A DNA stretch of 63,999 bases, filler included, from Catajapyx aquilonaris (lineage: Eukaryota), in the NCBI GenBank assembly GCA_000934665.2. It is 3 parts of 3 records of this genome, joined end to end, with 100 filler letters (N's around TTAATTAATTAA, not from the genome) between each part and the next. Parts side by side here need not be neighbours in the genome. Positions count along the whole stretch, not along the records: positions 21,441 to 43,513 come from JYFJ02006078.1; positions 43,614 to 63,999 come from JYFJ02006266.1; 1 more part is not named here. One strand, given 5' to 3'. Shown here one piece after another: positions 35,406 through 47,689 of the stretch (the stretch's first letter is position 1; every line of letters starts with the position of its first letter). The notes under the pieces are model-generated. The model did not search any database, was not told the origin of the DNA, and was given only the letters and a program-made list of their open reading frames with translations. The position numbers were made by a program, and so were the translations under genes.

Positions 35406-36683
35406 ATCAATATTTTAATTTTTATTAATTTTTATATATAATACTTTTCAATGTATTGACTATATGCAATCATTCTTTGAACTATGAATAAAATGATCGC
35501 TAATTCAAAATAAACATGCACTTCCTGTTATGTACTGTAAAAAATGGCGAAAGTTCATTGTAATGATCATTTTATTTTAATGCATTTTAATTCCTTGGAG
35601 TCCAAAGAGACCCCATGGCACGGTTCCAGGGTTAAAGATCCCCAGAGTGGCCAAATTTCCAGGAGGACGACTGCCGTCGGTGTTGAGCCTAGCGGCAGAA
35701 CGTTAAGCCCCCCACTAAAGTATTGGTGTGGTCACCCCACAGCCACACAGCACAGCGTTTTCCGTTAATAGCCTAAAGGCCAAGTTGCATTTATGTACTC
35801 GAATTTTCATTTTGCAAAAACCTTATGTCTCTAGCCATTTGATCTAGAAATTCTGACCGCAGCCAAGTAAACTAACCAGCAACTAAAAGGCAGCAGCCAT
35901 TTTTACCGCAGCCAAATGACGTGCGGCAAGTTTACCTGCAGCCTAACACACAGTAAGGTACAGTACAGTACGTGGAATATACAGTATCGATCAGTGCGAT
36001 CTACGGTGTGACCATTGGTGTTACTGTTAGTAAACAAACTTGGCTGCCACCAGGCGAAATCGGAACATGTCAAGTACAGCACGTAATGTTATGATTCCTG
36101 TAACTTCTGTTCTGCATGGTTTTTTGCCCTTAAATTGAAATTTCCGCACTCCTCTGCGTCAGTGCTAGGTCCCTGGGCACTCGTTTTTTTATAGTAAGTA
36201 TCACGACAGAGCTGTATTTCGTGCCGACCTAAAATCCCCAATTACAAGCTGACTGGAGACCCTCGCTGAATTCTTTGTATACCATCAGAACACGTCTTCA
36301 CCACACCCTTCCCTTAGCATGTTGTATGCCTCCTGAGCAAGCTCCTGAGCTGTTCCCTTCAGATGGAAGCTAAACCTCAACATTGCATATTGCACCTCAT
36401 CACCACAACCTTCTGGTGGAGCAGAGGTGAATGTGACCCTACCTCTATACTTCTGTTGTCAGCATCGCCTGGGATCGTGGAATATTTGAACAGGAAGTAG
36501 TGTTCTAATAATTTAAGTCATTCTGGACACCATGCCACTTACCACGAGTCATAAACTAATTCTCATTATCACATAAAAAATCAGTCTCAATTTGTTTCGA
36601 CTCACCCTGGTATGTCCATGGCAACCATGAAATCAAGGTCAAAAAATGTATGGAGTTTACTATTATTATAATCAGTCCCTACA

Positions 36684-36966
36684 ACCAAAGCAGTGGTGGC
36701 GGAAGGGATATGGTATCTGACTGCTAATCGGGAGGTCCTAGGTTCGATCCCCGGGGCTGGCAACCCTAACCGTGGTTTTCAGTGGTTTCCGACGGTCCCT
36801 CCTGGTAAATGCCGGGGTTGTTTCCTAAAATAATAGGCCACAGCCGCTTCCTTCTGTCCCTATCCTATCCCCAAAAGCGAAGTAAAAATGCAAAGAAAGA
36901 GTTCCAGTAAAAAAAAAAAAACTCCCCCCTGAAGAGCCGCCGGCTGATAACGGGGTATGAAATTAT
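36684..36966 (+). mobile_element. tRNA-derived SINE, family C
   Basis: 15-bp TSD TAATCAGTCCCTACA; B box GGTTCGATCC; colinear with 47690-48013. Confidence 0.9.
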
Positions 36967-37297
36967 TAATCAGTCCCTACATGTCGTGCCATATCTCAGG
37001 AACTACTCATTCTTATCTCAACGTACAGTGTGCAAATGAAATAAGTGCGCATTTTTTGGAGGAATGACAGTGACTCGAAAGAAACGTTTTTTGCCAATAC
37101 ACTTGGTGCCGCAGAAGCATCATGTCAGAAAAAGAGGATTTCTCATGCATCATACCAAAGTAACCACCATGCTAACCATGGTTATTAACATTTACACATT
37201 CACTCATGCATTTTGCTGACTGTGAACACCTGTGCCATAATGTTCAATTAATACTAACAGTATACCACATTGCCCTGGTTTTGTTACAGCCTGTGCC

Positions 37298-39172
37298 ATG
37301 GCAGCCTCACTCCCAAATCATCTGCCAGGGTCCTTCGACAATTGCAACAGCGATTGTTCAGAAGAGAACGAGACAACGTCTGATGGCACAGAGATGGGGA
37401 TTAATGTTCCTGACTCTCATGATTCAGACATGTTGCGCCAACTGGACAACTTCCGCCACTCCTCTATTTGCTGTGATGTCGACCTGATCTGTGAGGATGG
37501 GACTTCCCTTAAGGCCCACCGAAACGTACTTGCAGCATCCAGCCCCTACTTCAAGGCCATGTTTTGTGGGGGGCTGGCAGAAGACGGGCAGTCTCAAGTG
37601 CCCATCCATGGGGTATCGTCTGCAGCCCTGAATATGCTGGTTGATTGCGTGTATACTGGATGCATGGCGAAGTTGTGTCAAGGTAATGTGGGGGAGGTGG
37701 CCGTGGCAGCCAACATGCTTCAGATACACACGGCTGAAGCCTTGTGCACCAAGTTCATGAGTCGTCATCTGGACAAGTCCAATGCAATTGGTGTGCACAG
37801 ATTTGCCACTGCATGTAACTACACCAAGTTGGCTAATTGGGCATCCAGATTTATTGAGGACAACTTGGACCTTGTTTCTACTTCAGAAGAGTTTATGAAT
37901 CTGTCAAAGGAGGATCTGCCACAGTACTTGATGAGCAGTAAAATAAACTGCAGTAAAATAAAGTGGCGTAGGGAGGGAAAAGTCTTGAGAGCTGTAATCG
38001 CCTGGATTGAAAAGTCAGTAGAGGAGAGGCGGATTTATGCGCATGAACTGTTGAAGTATGTAAAAGTAGCAATGATACCATACATGAGCACCATTTATGA
38101 CACCACATGCAATGATGCTGCCCTGAAAAGCATTTTGAAGTGTAAGTTTGGGGGTGTGGGAAAGAACTCTTCAGGAGAATCAGTGGTAGAAGGAAAATCT
38201 GGGATGACTACTGTCATATATGTTGTTGGAGGATGGGAGTATCACACAAGGCAACTGACACCAGGAAGAAGAGATCCGATGATATCCAAAACTGTGTGGT
38301 ACTTAAACATGCGTTATGGTAAGTGGCAAAAGTCTGAGGGTGGGGGGTCCAATGATGACATTCATACTACTCGAGCTTATCCTAGCATTGCTGCCATTGG
38401 ATCAACTCTCTACCTGGTAGGTGGTCTCACTAAAGATGGGAAAGTGATGGACTCATATGAATTTTACAGCACAAGTGAGGAAACTTGGTTTAAGGGTGAG
38501 GGCAGACTGGAAGTTGGACGTTTTGATTTTGGTCTGCATGAATTAAATGGCTGCTTATATGCATTTGGTGGGAGAGATCGGAATAATACTACTCTTGGGA
38601 GCATTGAAAAGCTTGATCCCAAGAACGGTCATTGGCATGTGATTGGCCACATGCTCAAAGCGAGGCGTGGCATGGAAGTGGTTTCTTATGGAGGTCTCCT
38701 TTATGTGATTGGTGGATTGGATGATTCAGATGTTTGTTTGAATGACTTTATGGCTTACAATCCAGAAACAAAAGAGTGGAATACACTTGCGCCTTTGTTG
38801 AATCCACGCTTGTACATGGGAGTTGCTGTCCTTGATGGCCACTTGTATGTTGTGGGTGGATGCACAACTAGCACAAGGGTTAGAAAATACTTCCCTTCAG
38901 ATGCAGTGGACAGGTATTCGTTTGAGCGAAACGAGTGGACAAGGCTCACTCCTTTAAAGCGGAGGGTCGTAAGCCCAGGAGTGGCAGTTGCTAATGGCTG
39001 CTTGTTTGTTCTTGGTGGACAAGTGAGAGGGGAGAATAGGTTCTACAATATGACTTCTGATGTTGTGTATTATAATCCCGAGACAGGTGAATGGAACCCA
39101 GGGATATCAATGCCAAAACCCTATTGTTACTGTACAGCATTTACAGTACAATATTGGGCTGCCCAATATTGA
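37298..39172 (+). CDS. Kelch-like protein (BTB-BACK-Kelch), 624 aa, single coding exon
   Basis: CDVDL...AHRNVLAASSPYFKAMF (BTB), BACK region, six GG-Y-W kelch repeats; uninterrupted ORF. Confidence 0.93.
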   Translation: MAASLPNHLPGSFDNCNSDCSEENETTSDGTEMGINVPDSHDSDMLRQLDNFRHSSICCDVDLICEDGTSLKAHRNVLAASSPYFKAMFCGGLAEDGQSQVPIHGVSSAALNMLVDCVYTGCMAKLCQGNVGEVAVAANMLQIHTAEALCTKFMSRHLDKSNAIGVHRFATACNYTKLANWASRFIEDNLDLVSTSEEFMNLSKEDLPQYLMSSKINCSKIKWRREGKVLRAVIAWIEKSVEERRIYAHELLKYVKVAMIPYMSTIYDTTCNDAALKSILKCKFGGVGKNSSGESVVEGKSGMTTVIYVVGGWEYHTRQLTPGRRDPMISKTVWYLNMRYGKWQKSEGGGSNDDIHTTRAYPSIAAIGSTLYLVGGLTKDGKVMDSYEFYSTSEETWFKGEGRLEVGRFDFGLHELNGCLYAFGGRDRNNTTLGSIEKLDPKNGHWHVIGHMLKARRGMEVVSYGGLLYVIGGLDDSDVCLNDFMAYNPETKEWNTLAPLLNPRLYMGVAVLDGHLYVVGGCTTSTRVRKYFPSDAVDRYSFERNEWTRLTPLKRRVVSPGVAVANGCLFVLGGQVRGENRFYNMTSDVVYYNPETGEWNPGISMPKPYCYCTAFTVQYWAAQY

Positions 39173-39991
39173 TATGAAAGTGTGTTTGTGTAGTTCCAGC
39201 GGCGTAGCATGAGGGGGTTAGGGGGGAGAGAGGGGCGATCGCCCTGGGCGCAAAATGCTCAGGGACGCAAAATTTCGTATCGAAAAAAATCAGTAATACT
39301 AGATAATAACGTAATGAAAATCGAGCGCCCTCCCACTCAGACAGTTCTTACTTCAGTATATGCAAATGGGTTATCCTATTAACTCGCTTCCAGGGGGTTT
39401 CACTCACAATAAGTAGAAAAGTTGCAAGTGGGAATGTGCATGAAAATATGTAGTTCACGTATTGGCCTACTGCGGGACTACCCCTTGGATTGACGAAGTG
39501 GAAAAAAAATTAATAATAATGATAAAGGTGGAAGCAAAAAGTAAGCAAAAATTAGAAAATATACTACTGGAGTCAGAGCCGAAAAAAGTGATGCATTCTT
39601 TTGTGGTTTTCCATCAGAGTGTGCGGGTGTAGACGTGATTTAGCAGTGATAATAATTTATCATCAAGAAATTTTGGTCCTCTTGGTTTTGAGTCAAGGAA
39701 AGAGTGCTAGATTAAAACAATGGACCACCGTGCAAATGTTGCAGATGAAACAGGGGCGGTTAGCCTTCCTCTGCGTTTCATGAGTGACAGGTTGTGAAAA
39801 AATGAGAGGTTCTCTTCTTATTGGAAGCGAGGACAATCATTATTCAGGGGGATCTCGTCCATGCACCAATTTGATTTTTAGGAAATGTGTTTATTTTTAA
39901 GGAAAAGGAAGATCTGTCTTGCCTTTGTTGAGGGCGACCCATTCCTACTGTGCCTTTTTAGGTGAAACCAGACAGTTTAAATATTTGAAAT

Positions 39992-40700
39992 ACAGGGTGT
40001 TTCACTATATTTTTCTCGTCACTCTACTTGAAATGTGATGTTTGGTTTAAAAGTTACCTTAGTTCATGGGAATATAGAACTATTCGCAATAAATGCTGTA
40101 CCTGACCATCAACGACCTCCATACTCACTCGAATGCAACTAGACCCGACTCTCCTTAATTATTATCGGATATGCCGCAGAGCAATTTAATGGTCCGAATT
40201 GCTGCACTTATGCTGCTTTCCAAGTCTTCTAACCTCGAGGCTCACTGTTACTAGCACAATTCTTCAAACATCCACATTCTCAGTTCTTTTGACACGTGGA
40301 AACAGGATACCCGGTATCTTGTGACAAAATCTTGGTGACTTTTCGGTCATTCCAAGAGCCTGTGCTTCACTTTTTCCATTTTCTTCTCTATTTAAATGAA
40401 GTCATCTACCACTATATTGGTCCAAAACACTTTGTGCACCAATCCTTACTATTAATAATGTCGATATGCTGCGGAGGATATTCGATATAATAAGGACCGT
40501 TGCATCGAGTCGTGTTCGAGTGCATGTGGAGGTCATTGAAAAGTCAAGTACTCCATTTATTGCGAATGGTACCATACTACAGTCCCATGAACTAAGGTAA
40601 GTTTTAAATGAAACATCAGGTATCTGCAGGTAGAGTAGGAAGGTAAATATAGTCAATTCTTTGGGCGGACTACTTAGTGAAACACTCCGTATTAATGCAG
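39992..40700. mobile_element. Old diverged mariner-superfamily foldback (two 3' ends)
   Basis: TA|CAGGGTG left end; inverted matches such as CCTTAGTTCATGGGA / TCCCATGAACTAAGG and CACTCGAA / TTCGAGTG; right end eroded. Confidence 0.55.
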
Positions 40701-40931
40701 CAAACTCGTTCAATATATTGGATTTACCCTCATCTTTACTCTTCTTTATTTTGTAAAAGATCCTTTTTCTCCCTTACGAGAATTCATTCCTTTACACTAG
40801 CATAAAATGCATTTTCTTACAATGTGTGTGCTGGGCCAACTCCATAATTATAATGGCCTGATTTTCATGATGTAGGAAGGTTCGAATAAATTGGTCACAA
40901 GCAATTTCAGTGCCTCTTATTAATTCAGTGG

Positions 40932-40959
40932 ATTATTATTATTATTATTGTTGTTGTTA

Positions 40960-41003
<44 letters not shown>

Positions 41004-41032
41004 AATAATAATATTATTATTAATAATAATAA
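40932..41032. repeat. (TTA)n/(TAA)n compound microsatellite
   Basis: Read directly. Confidence 0.9.
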
Positions 41033-42043
41033 TGAGAAATGACAAAGTGTGTACCCAGTATTGTTAAGGAGAAATTAATCTGATTCAGGTTGTTGTATTT
41101 TGAACTTTGTAAACCAGAAATAAAGAATCGTTTTTTTAAAACTATTAATCACATATCAATTTTTGTACCCTTGGCAAGCATTGATAAAGTGAAAGTATTC
41201 CTGCTCTAACTGGGTATGACAAGATGGCACGTTCTTCGGGACAGATCCTCTGCGCCTGGCACTCATTATAGAGTGGAATCACGGTCTTCAGTGGAATTGT
41301 GTTTCAAATTATGCATAATAATATTCAGGGTGTCTAGCCACCTGGAAAACCTGGAAATCATGGAAATATCAGGGAATTTTATTTTTTATTTAGTTTTATT
41401 ACAGTCTAAGAGAGATACAAACCTGAGTGACTCCAGGCTCTCATTCATCATATTTACTAAAAGTCTACAAAATTGTCTACATTAGGTTGCGTGAGGCATT
41501 TCATATCAACACTAGGAAAACCCTCGCTCCGCTCGTATTTTCCTAGGGCGCAGGCCAAGAAAACCACTCGCTTCGCTCGCTCTTTTCTAGGCCTGCGGCC
41601 TGAGGTGTAGGTCATGTTCTTAATGATGCTCATCCAACAATTATCCGCATCATACTCCCCTCCCCCCGACCACTCTCCCGCCTGCCTCCCCCCTCCTTAT
41701 ATTAAACCTTTGACGTCATAGTTATTATTATGTCCTGAGGGTTTTTGAATTTGGCACGCGAGGATGTGCATAGAGAAGGCGAACTTTGCGGTGCCGAACC
41801 CGGTTCAATATGCTCCTTCCATCTCTTGGATTGTGACTCTAACCACCATAGCAACTCCAGATTCCCCCCGTTCCCGCCAAGTTGAGTCGTATACGCCAAG
41901 GTCACGTTGCTCCCACGTGATCGTTTATGTAAAGATGTTCCCTCAGTGCAGGGTGGCCCGTAAAGTCTGGACCCTTGGAAGTTTATCATAGTAGCCTACA
42001 ATGTTGTGGTAATATTATGTAACCGTAAGAACAATGTATAGTG

Positions 42044-42265
42044 CAGTGGTTTCCAACCTTTTACCAACTGCGACCCCTTAAACACGTTTCCATAAATGTG
42101 CGACCCCCACCCACCCCCCGGCCCCTGCTACAACTGACCCATTTCCAGAAAACATACACACTGTACGGCCGCAAAAATGGTTCAAGTTACACAGAAATTG
42201 CAAAAAAAAAAAAAAAATGAACAACGGCTCGCGACCACCCGCGACCCTCAGGTTGGAAACCACTG
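42044..42265. mobile_element. hAT-type MITE
   Basis: TIR CAGTGGTTTCCAACCT and 8-bp TSD GTATAGTG. Confidence 0.92.
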
Positions 42266-42824
42266 GTATAGTGACTGAGTAAACTGAGAGCCGGACGATT
42301 CTAAAAAGTATATTTACCGGGCCTGTAGATGATTTTTCCCCCCGGCATTTTACAATCAAAAGGACCACCACGAATTTAAATGGTTAATTTTGCGCAAAGT
42401 TGTTATTCATTAATATCACTCCTACATCGAATTTTGAACGAAAAAAAGGAAAGAGACGGCCCAAAAACCTGCCAGTTGTTGGTTGTCAGTTGTGCCAACT
42501 CAATAACCTTTAGTAACTGTATAAACGACCTGCCAGTTGGCACAACTGGAAAAACAACAATATATACATTCCAGGCTAATAATTCGAGCGTGGGAGGTTT
42601 GCAACCCGCCTTCTTACGATCGATTCTACGTATTCGACGGTATAGGCAGTTTCCGACACTTCACCGAAAGAAGTGCCTAGGAACAGCACCGCATGTGGTA
42701 GGCCTACGCGCGCAGTAACAGAGCAGTCCGACCAATAATGCTAACGTTTCGAATTTGGAACATTTCTCCCCCAGTGCATACGGCCATTTTTCAATAAGCC
42801 AGCGCGCGGCTGAAGTCAATTATA

Positions 42825-43508
42825 CGAAACATTCGCCGAATCAATTAGGAAACAGTACCTGCGGTTTGCCGACCCTTTGATGCGTTGTTTTGCTTCTGGG
42901 TTTGAAGTCGGGGAAGTGACCAGGGCCCCCGGAATTAATAGGCGCATTCGGCAATTCAGATTATTCTGAGATGCGTCACGTGATATCTGAGTTGTTAGCC
43001 CTGCCCCTCAGAAGATTATTGCCGAACGGCCGAACTGAGAGACCCCCCTACCCGCCTGTGCTGCATCCCAGTGATATGCCAATGTTCGGGTATTTCGGTG
43101 CCGTGTTTCGGACGCTTGCGGGTAATGGTGCGGGTAAAATGAAAATGCGGGTAAAATCGGGTATTTTCAGGACCTCTCGCGGGGTTTTTGGGCATTTTGC
43201 ATTGGCAACACTGCTGCATCCATAACAATAATTTGTTTGTTAATTGTTTCTCAGCAAGTAAGTCAGGTCAGGAGTACACTAAGTTCCTGAGCTTGGGAAG
43301 TCAGGTAGGGCGCATGCGCACTTACTTCAGGGGGCGTGGCACCTGATTTGCCGAACATCCAGACAGCCCAGGAAGTCAGATTCCTGAATTGCCGAATACG
43401 CCTAATAATTCCTCACGCTTGGTCAGAATACAGATGGGGTCATTGTCATGGGTCAGGTCGAATCGTAAGTCGCTAGGTTACGAACAAATTGATTCGGCGA
43501 ATGTCCCG
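42825..43508. mobile_element. TA-flanked MITE with two nested elements (about 42940-43407, and hAT 43069-43213)
   Basis: Outer TIR CG(AA/GG)ACATTCGCCGAATCAATT; middle TIR AGGCG(C/T)ATTCGGCAATTCAG; inner element with 8-bp TSD CTGCATCC. Confidence 0.8.
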
Positions 43509-43513
43509 TATAC

Positions 43514-43613
43514 NNNNNNNNNNNNNNNNNNNNNNNNNNNNNNNNNNNNNNNNNNNNTTAATTAATTAANNNNNNNNNNNNNNNNNNNNNNNNNNNNNNN
43601 NNNNNNNNNNNNN
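43514..43613. other. Artificial contig-joining spacer
   Basis: Same N44-TTAATTAATTAA-N44 sequence as 21341-21440. Confidence 0.92.
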
Positions 43614-43661
43614 CTCCCCTCTCCCCAACCCCCATCACCCATCACCCAGAGAGTGATGCTC

Positions 43662-46186
43662 TCATTCTATGGTGCGTCTCTCGCTTCTCCTCCAGCAACT
43701 GTGACGATCTGCGTAGATGAACTCGGTCCTATTCGGTATATCCCGTACCACACATGCGGTATGGGCGTAGCGTGGTAGGTTAAATGCGGTGGCCTCTCTC
43801 CATACACTTCTGGTGTCATCATAGCACTCCACTTCGTTCAAAGTTACCAGCTGATTCCTGCCGCCCATGACGACGATCTCCTCATGTAGGACAACAGCAG
43901 CGAAGGACGAGCGCGCGTAGTGCATCTGCGAGTTGACAGGGACCCAGGCCCCGACCGATGGGTCGTACCTTTCTGAGGTCTGCAGATAGGTATCGTCGTA
44001 GTCACGGCCCCCGATGGCGTACTGGCTCCCATGGTAGGCTACGCAACACAGATAAGCTCGTGGAGACTGCATTGCGTCTATCAACGTCCATTCGTTACGT
44101 TCTGGGTCGTACATTTCTGCGGAGTTGATGTTACGAAATCCGTCGAAGCCTCCTACGATATACAGCTTGCCATTCATGGCAGCGGTACTGGCCCCAGTTC
44201 GACGCACATTCATAGAGGCCATCGTACACCAAGCGTTTGTCTGGGGATTGTACCTTTCGACTGTCCTGTGAGGGTACACACCAAAGTCTTTTCCTCCAAG
44301 GGCGTAGATGTAGTCCCCAAGTACTTGAACGCTCAGGTGGGCTCTGCGGGCATATTATTTCATTATTGCCAAAGTGTGCGTTTGTATATGTACACTGTTC
44401 TCCCGATTATCCTTGCTAATTAATGCACGGGTCAGATAATCGGTAAACACGGATAATCCGAAAATGGTGCTAGATACCGTGAAAATGAACTATTCACAGG
44501 TTTTTAAATGTACATAGTGTATGCTACTTTAAATAAGGTTTAGTCAAAATAATAAAACTTACGCGTATATAATAGATTTTTAGTTTGTCTTCCTGGAAAA
44601 AGTACTTATATTTTCTTTCTTTGCGAAACATGGATATTTTTTGGATTTTCATTTAGGCTAACTTAATATTATTTGACGATGCCCGGATAATCAGGAATAC
44701 AGTGTATAGTGAATTGTCAAGTTCTTACTCTACGTATGTTCAAATCTGCATATTTCGCTTAGGTATGCGGGAGATGGTTGTCGGTCAAGTAGAGCAATAT
44801 TATTATTACGGGCAGACGACAGAAAGAAGCACTTTCAAAAATACAAAAAATAAGCTAACCTGTTATAGGACATTGAGGCCAGAGACTTCCATACTTTCTC
44901 CTCAACACTGAATGAACAACATGTGCTGTAGGAGCGTACAGCATCGCATCCTCCGATGAAAAACAACGTGTGGCCCAACACCGTAGTTCCATTATGTGTC
45001 CTGACGTACGTTTCGCCCAAGTTGGGAGCCTCACAAGTCCATCGGTCAATTGGACTATCGTACGACTCAAAGAAATTGACCGTAAGGCCCCACGAAGTTA
45101 TTCCTCCGATGACGAAGAGAATATCTCTTGGCAAACGAGGACGGAGGTCATACGGAGTCTTGATGTAACCGTCGAGGAGAGTAAGGTCCTGTGCATTACG
45201 GATACAATCTCTTACCGCCGACAAGCGACTAGTACAATCGTTGCTCTCGGACACAATGTCATATGGGTGATCTTTCATCCGGTCTAAGGACGCAAAGCTT
45301 TCTACATCATGCCAAGACGAACGGTGTTAAAGAACTCCTCAACATGGCTTCTACGGTCATCTGGAGCATTGTCGATCCATTTCACTACGGCGTCCCATAC
45401 AATCTCCTCCTTCTTTACGAATAACTCATTCGAAGCTGCAAGAGAAATATGTGTAAATACGCAGGTTGTTGCTTCCACTACCAAGGACGATACAAAGCAC
45501 AAAGCAGCCAGGCTAAAATCAAATACTGACATAGAATGGTAACCATCTCCTGATGGGAAATCTCCAGGAGATCTGGGCACTGATTAAGAACCTCCTCGAA
45601 ATTTCTAAGGAGATACTGCTTCGCCTCTCTCTCCAACTGCTGGGCGCATGTAATGTTTCTAGAAGGAAGCCATCTGTTATTACCCCGCGATTACGGACAG
45701 AAAGTGTTGCCGTGAAAAAGGAGAAGGGACAACATACCGTCCAATCCATGCTGCAATGTTCTTCATATAGATGCAGTTGGCGGGCTGCAAATGTTGGCAG
45801 AGGAAGCGACAGCACTCTTCCACGAGGTCGCACATCTCTAGGATGTGAGACGCCAACATAACCGTCTGGACGTTATCTTCCGTCAGTGCCGTCCTTTTAG
45901 TGTACACATACCCCAGGATGACTGCCATAGAGCTTCCGTCCACCCCACTCTGAGTTACATCGTTCTGGCCGTCGTCAGTAGGGATTGGGAACACAAACTT
46001 TGAAACTCTGCTCCTGTTTTCCAGTGCAGCACGATTGACGTGGAATACGGCACCGTCTTCCTTCAAGGTAATGGTTGCATCACATATCCTATCCTCCATT
46101 TGGAGCAGCATGTTTGTTGCTTCTCCCTCTCGTACGGCCGTGGAAGGCCCTGCCTGCAACTCGTCCGCGTCTCTCGTACTCTCCAT
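43662..46186 (-). pseudogene. KLHL10-like BTB-BACK-Kelch gene with frameshift(s); exons 46186-45738, 45658-45531, 45435-44860, 44343-43662
   Basis: BTB (ICDATI...FHVNRAAL), BACK (VWDAVVKWID), KDHPY...RPRLPRDILFVIGG and kelch repeats; GT-AG introns; stop plus frameshift near 45302 and a probable second frameshift near 43700. Confidence 0.8.
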
Positions 46187-47074
46187 CTTACTCCTGTCCA
46201 CTATTGCCCCTCTCGGGCACCTCTACTCCTAACCAACGCCTTCTTTGCCTTCTCCGGGGGGTTACGACCTGATCGCTAGTGTTTGAATTCCTTAGCCTCA
46301 CTAACTCGTGCGTACTCTTCCTTATTCACAGGATACCACAGAATATTGCAGACGACTGCTGACAGCTATGATCCGAACTATTCGATCGGTCATCCAATAA
46401 AGAAGCAAAACAACAACAACTAGTAACCGGCACCTTATTGTTGGGCAAATAAGTAAATAATACGGAAGCAAGCTACCAATAGGAACATTTTCTATCCAGA
46501 CCAGAGAGCAAGGTAGAGACGACATAGCCACGAGACCCTGGAGCTAGCGTTCTGCTAGTCCGCCATGACACCCTGCCCCCCCCCCCCCCGCTACGTCACT
46601 ACAGTGGGGTGGGGCCCCATGTTGCTGGAAAATGACATTGTCGTCCAGTTGTGGTACCAAGAAGATTATTTTGTAGCATGTCAAGGTATGGTCCTACTCG
46701 TATTGTGTCTTCAGAGAAAAAAATTTCCGTACACCTGGTTACGCCACCTATTATCTGATCTTCATCCACTTTGGTCACGATGCAGTGCCGATGCAGGCCC
46801 ACTGAGTACAGTGCATGAATTCCCCATCTTACCTCGCCATACTCACAAATTTTGAACTTGGTACAGCTACGTTGGTTATGATACCGACTTCAAATTATCC
46901 CTACCCAAACGGATCACCCTATAGGCCACACCCGCGGCGTGCTCTTTTTGGGCAGGGTGTCATGGCCGCCGCGCCGGGGGGAAAAGCTGCTTATTTTCGG
47001 CTTCAGCTTTTTACATGAGGGAGGCGGGCGGTGTCATCTCTACCTTACTCTATGATCCAGACAGGAGGGGGAGG

Positions 47075-47307
47075 TGTGGTGGCCGAGATGGTAACGTCTC
47101 GGCTTGCTGAGTGAAAGGCCCCAGGTTCGATCCCCGCCTGGGGAACTTCCTTTCACCTGCGTCGGGAGTGGCTCTGACCTGCACCAAGGAGGTGTCTGGC
47201 AACCTAACCTCCTGGGGGACTGCACATGGCCCAAAAGCCATAGGACAATGCACCTGCACAAGTGTCCCCTCCCCAACCAGCCCACGGACACTACCCCTAT
47301 CTTCTGG
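47075..47307 (+). mobile_element. tRNA-derived SINE, family D
   Basis: A box TGGCCGAGATGG and B box GGTTCGATCC. Confidence 0.65.
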
Positions 47308-47549
47308 GCTCACCTGAGACCGCCACGAGACACTTCCCAGAGCATTTATGTGGCGACCCTACCGGACTAAGACTGAACTTTACAGGTACGAAAGGGGAGG
47401 GCTACATTGGGGGGCCCAACATGGCTGCCGGCGGCCATGTTGGGCCAGCATGTAGCCCTCCCCTTTCGTACCTATGAAGTTCAGCCTTAGTACGGTAGGG
47501 TCGCCACATCAATGCTCTGGGAAATGTCTCGTGGCGGTCTCAGGTGAGC
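47308..47549. repeat. 242-bp near-perfect palindrome with almost no loop
   Basis: GCTCACCTGAGACCGCCACGAGACA ... TGTCTCGTGGCGGTCTCAGGTGAGC, centred on GCCGGC. Confidence 0.9.
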
Positions 47550-47689
47550 ACCCACTGCAAAACCCCTCGGCAGGGGGTGGGTGGGGAGTGACCTAATCTG
47601 AGTCTTCTACAACCATGTCTCCAACAATCCCTTTCCCTACCTTATATCCTGAACCAGCCCTTGCACGGAGATTGCAGTAAAAATAGAAA

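Noticed and set aside
45659..45737. Frameshift or stop after the BTB domain of the KLHL10-like gene
   Set aside because: It is explained by a 79-nt GT-AG intron that restores the frame.
37298..46186. Convergent kelch gene pair as a functional cluster
   Set aside because: The two genes are separated by an artificial spacer, so adjacency is unproven.
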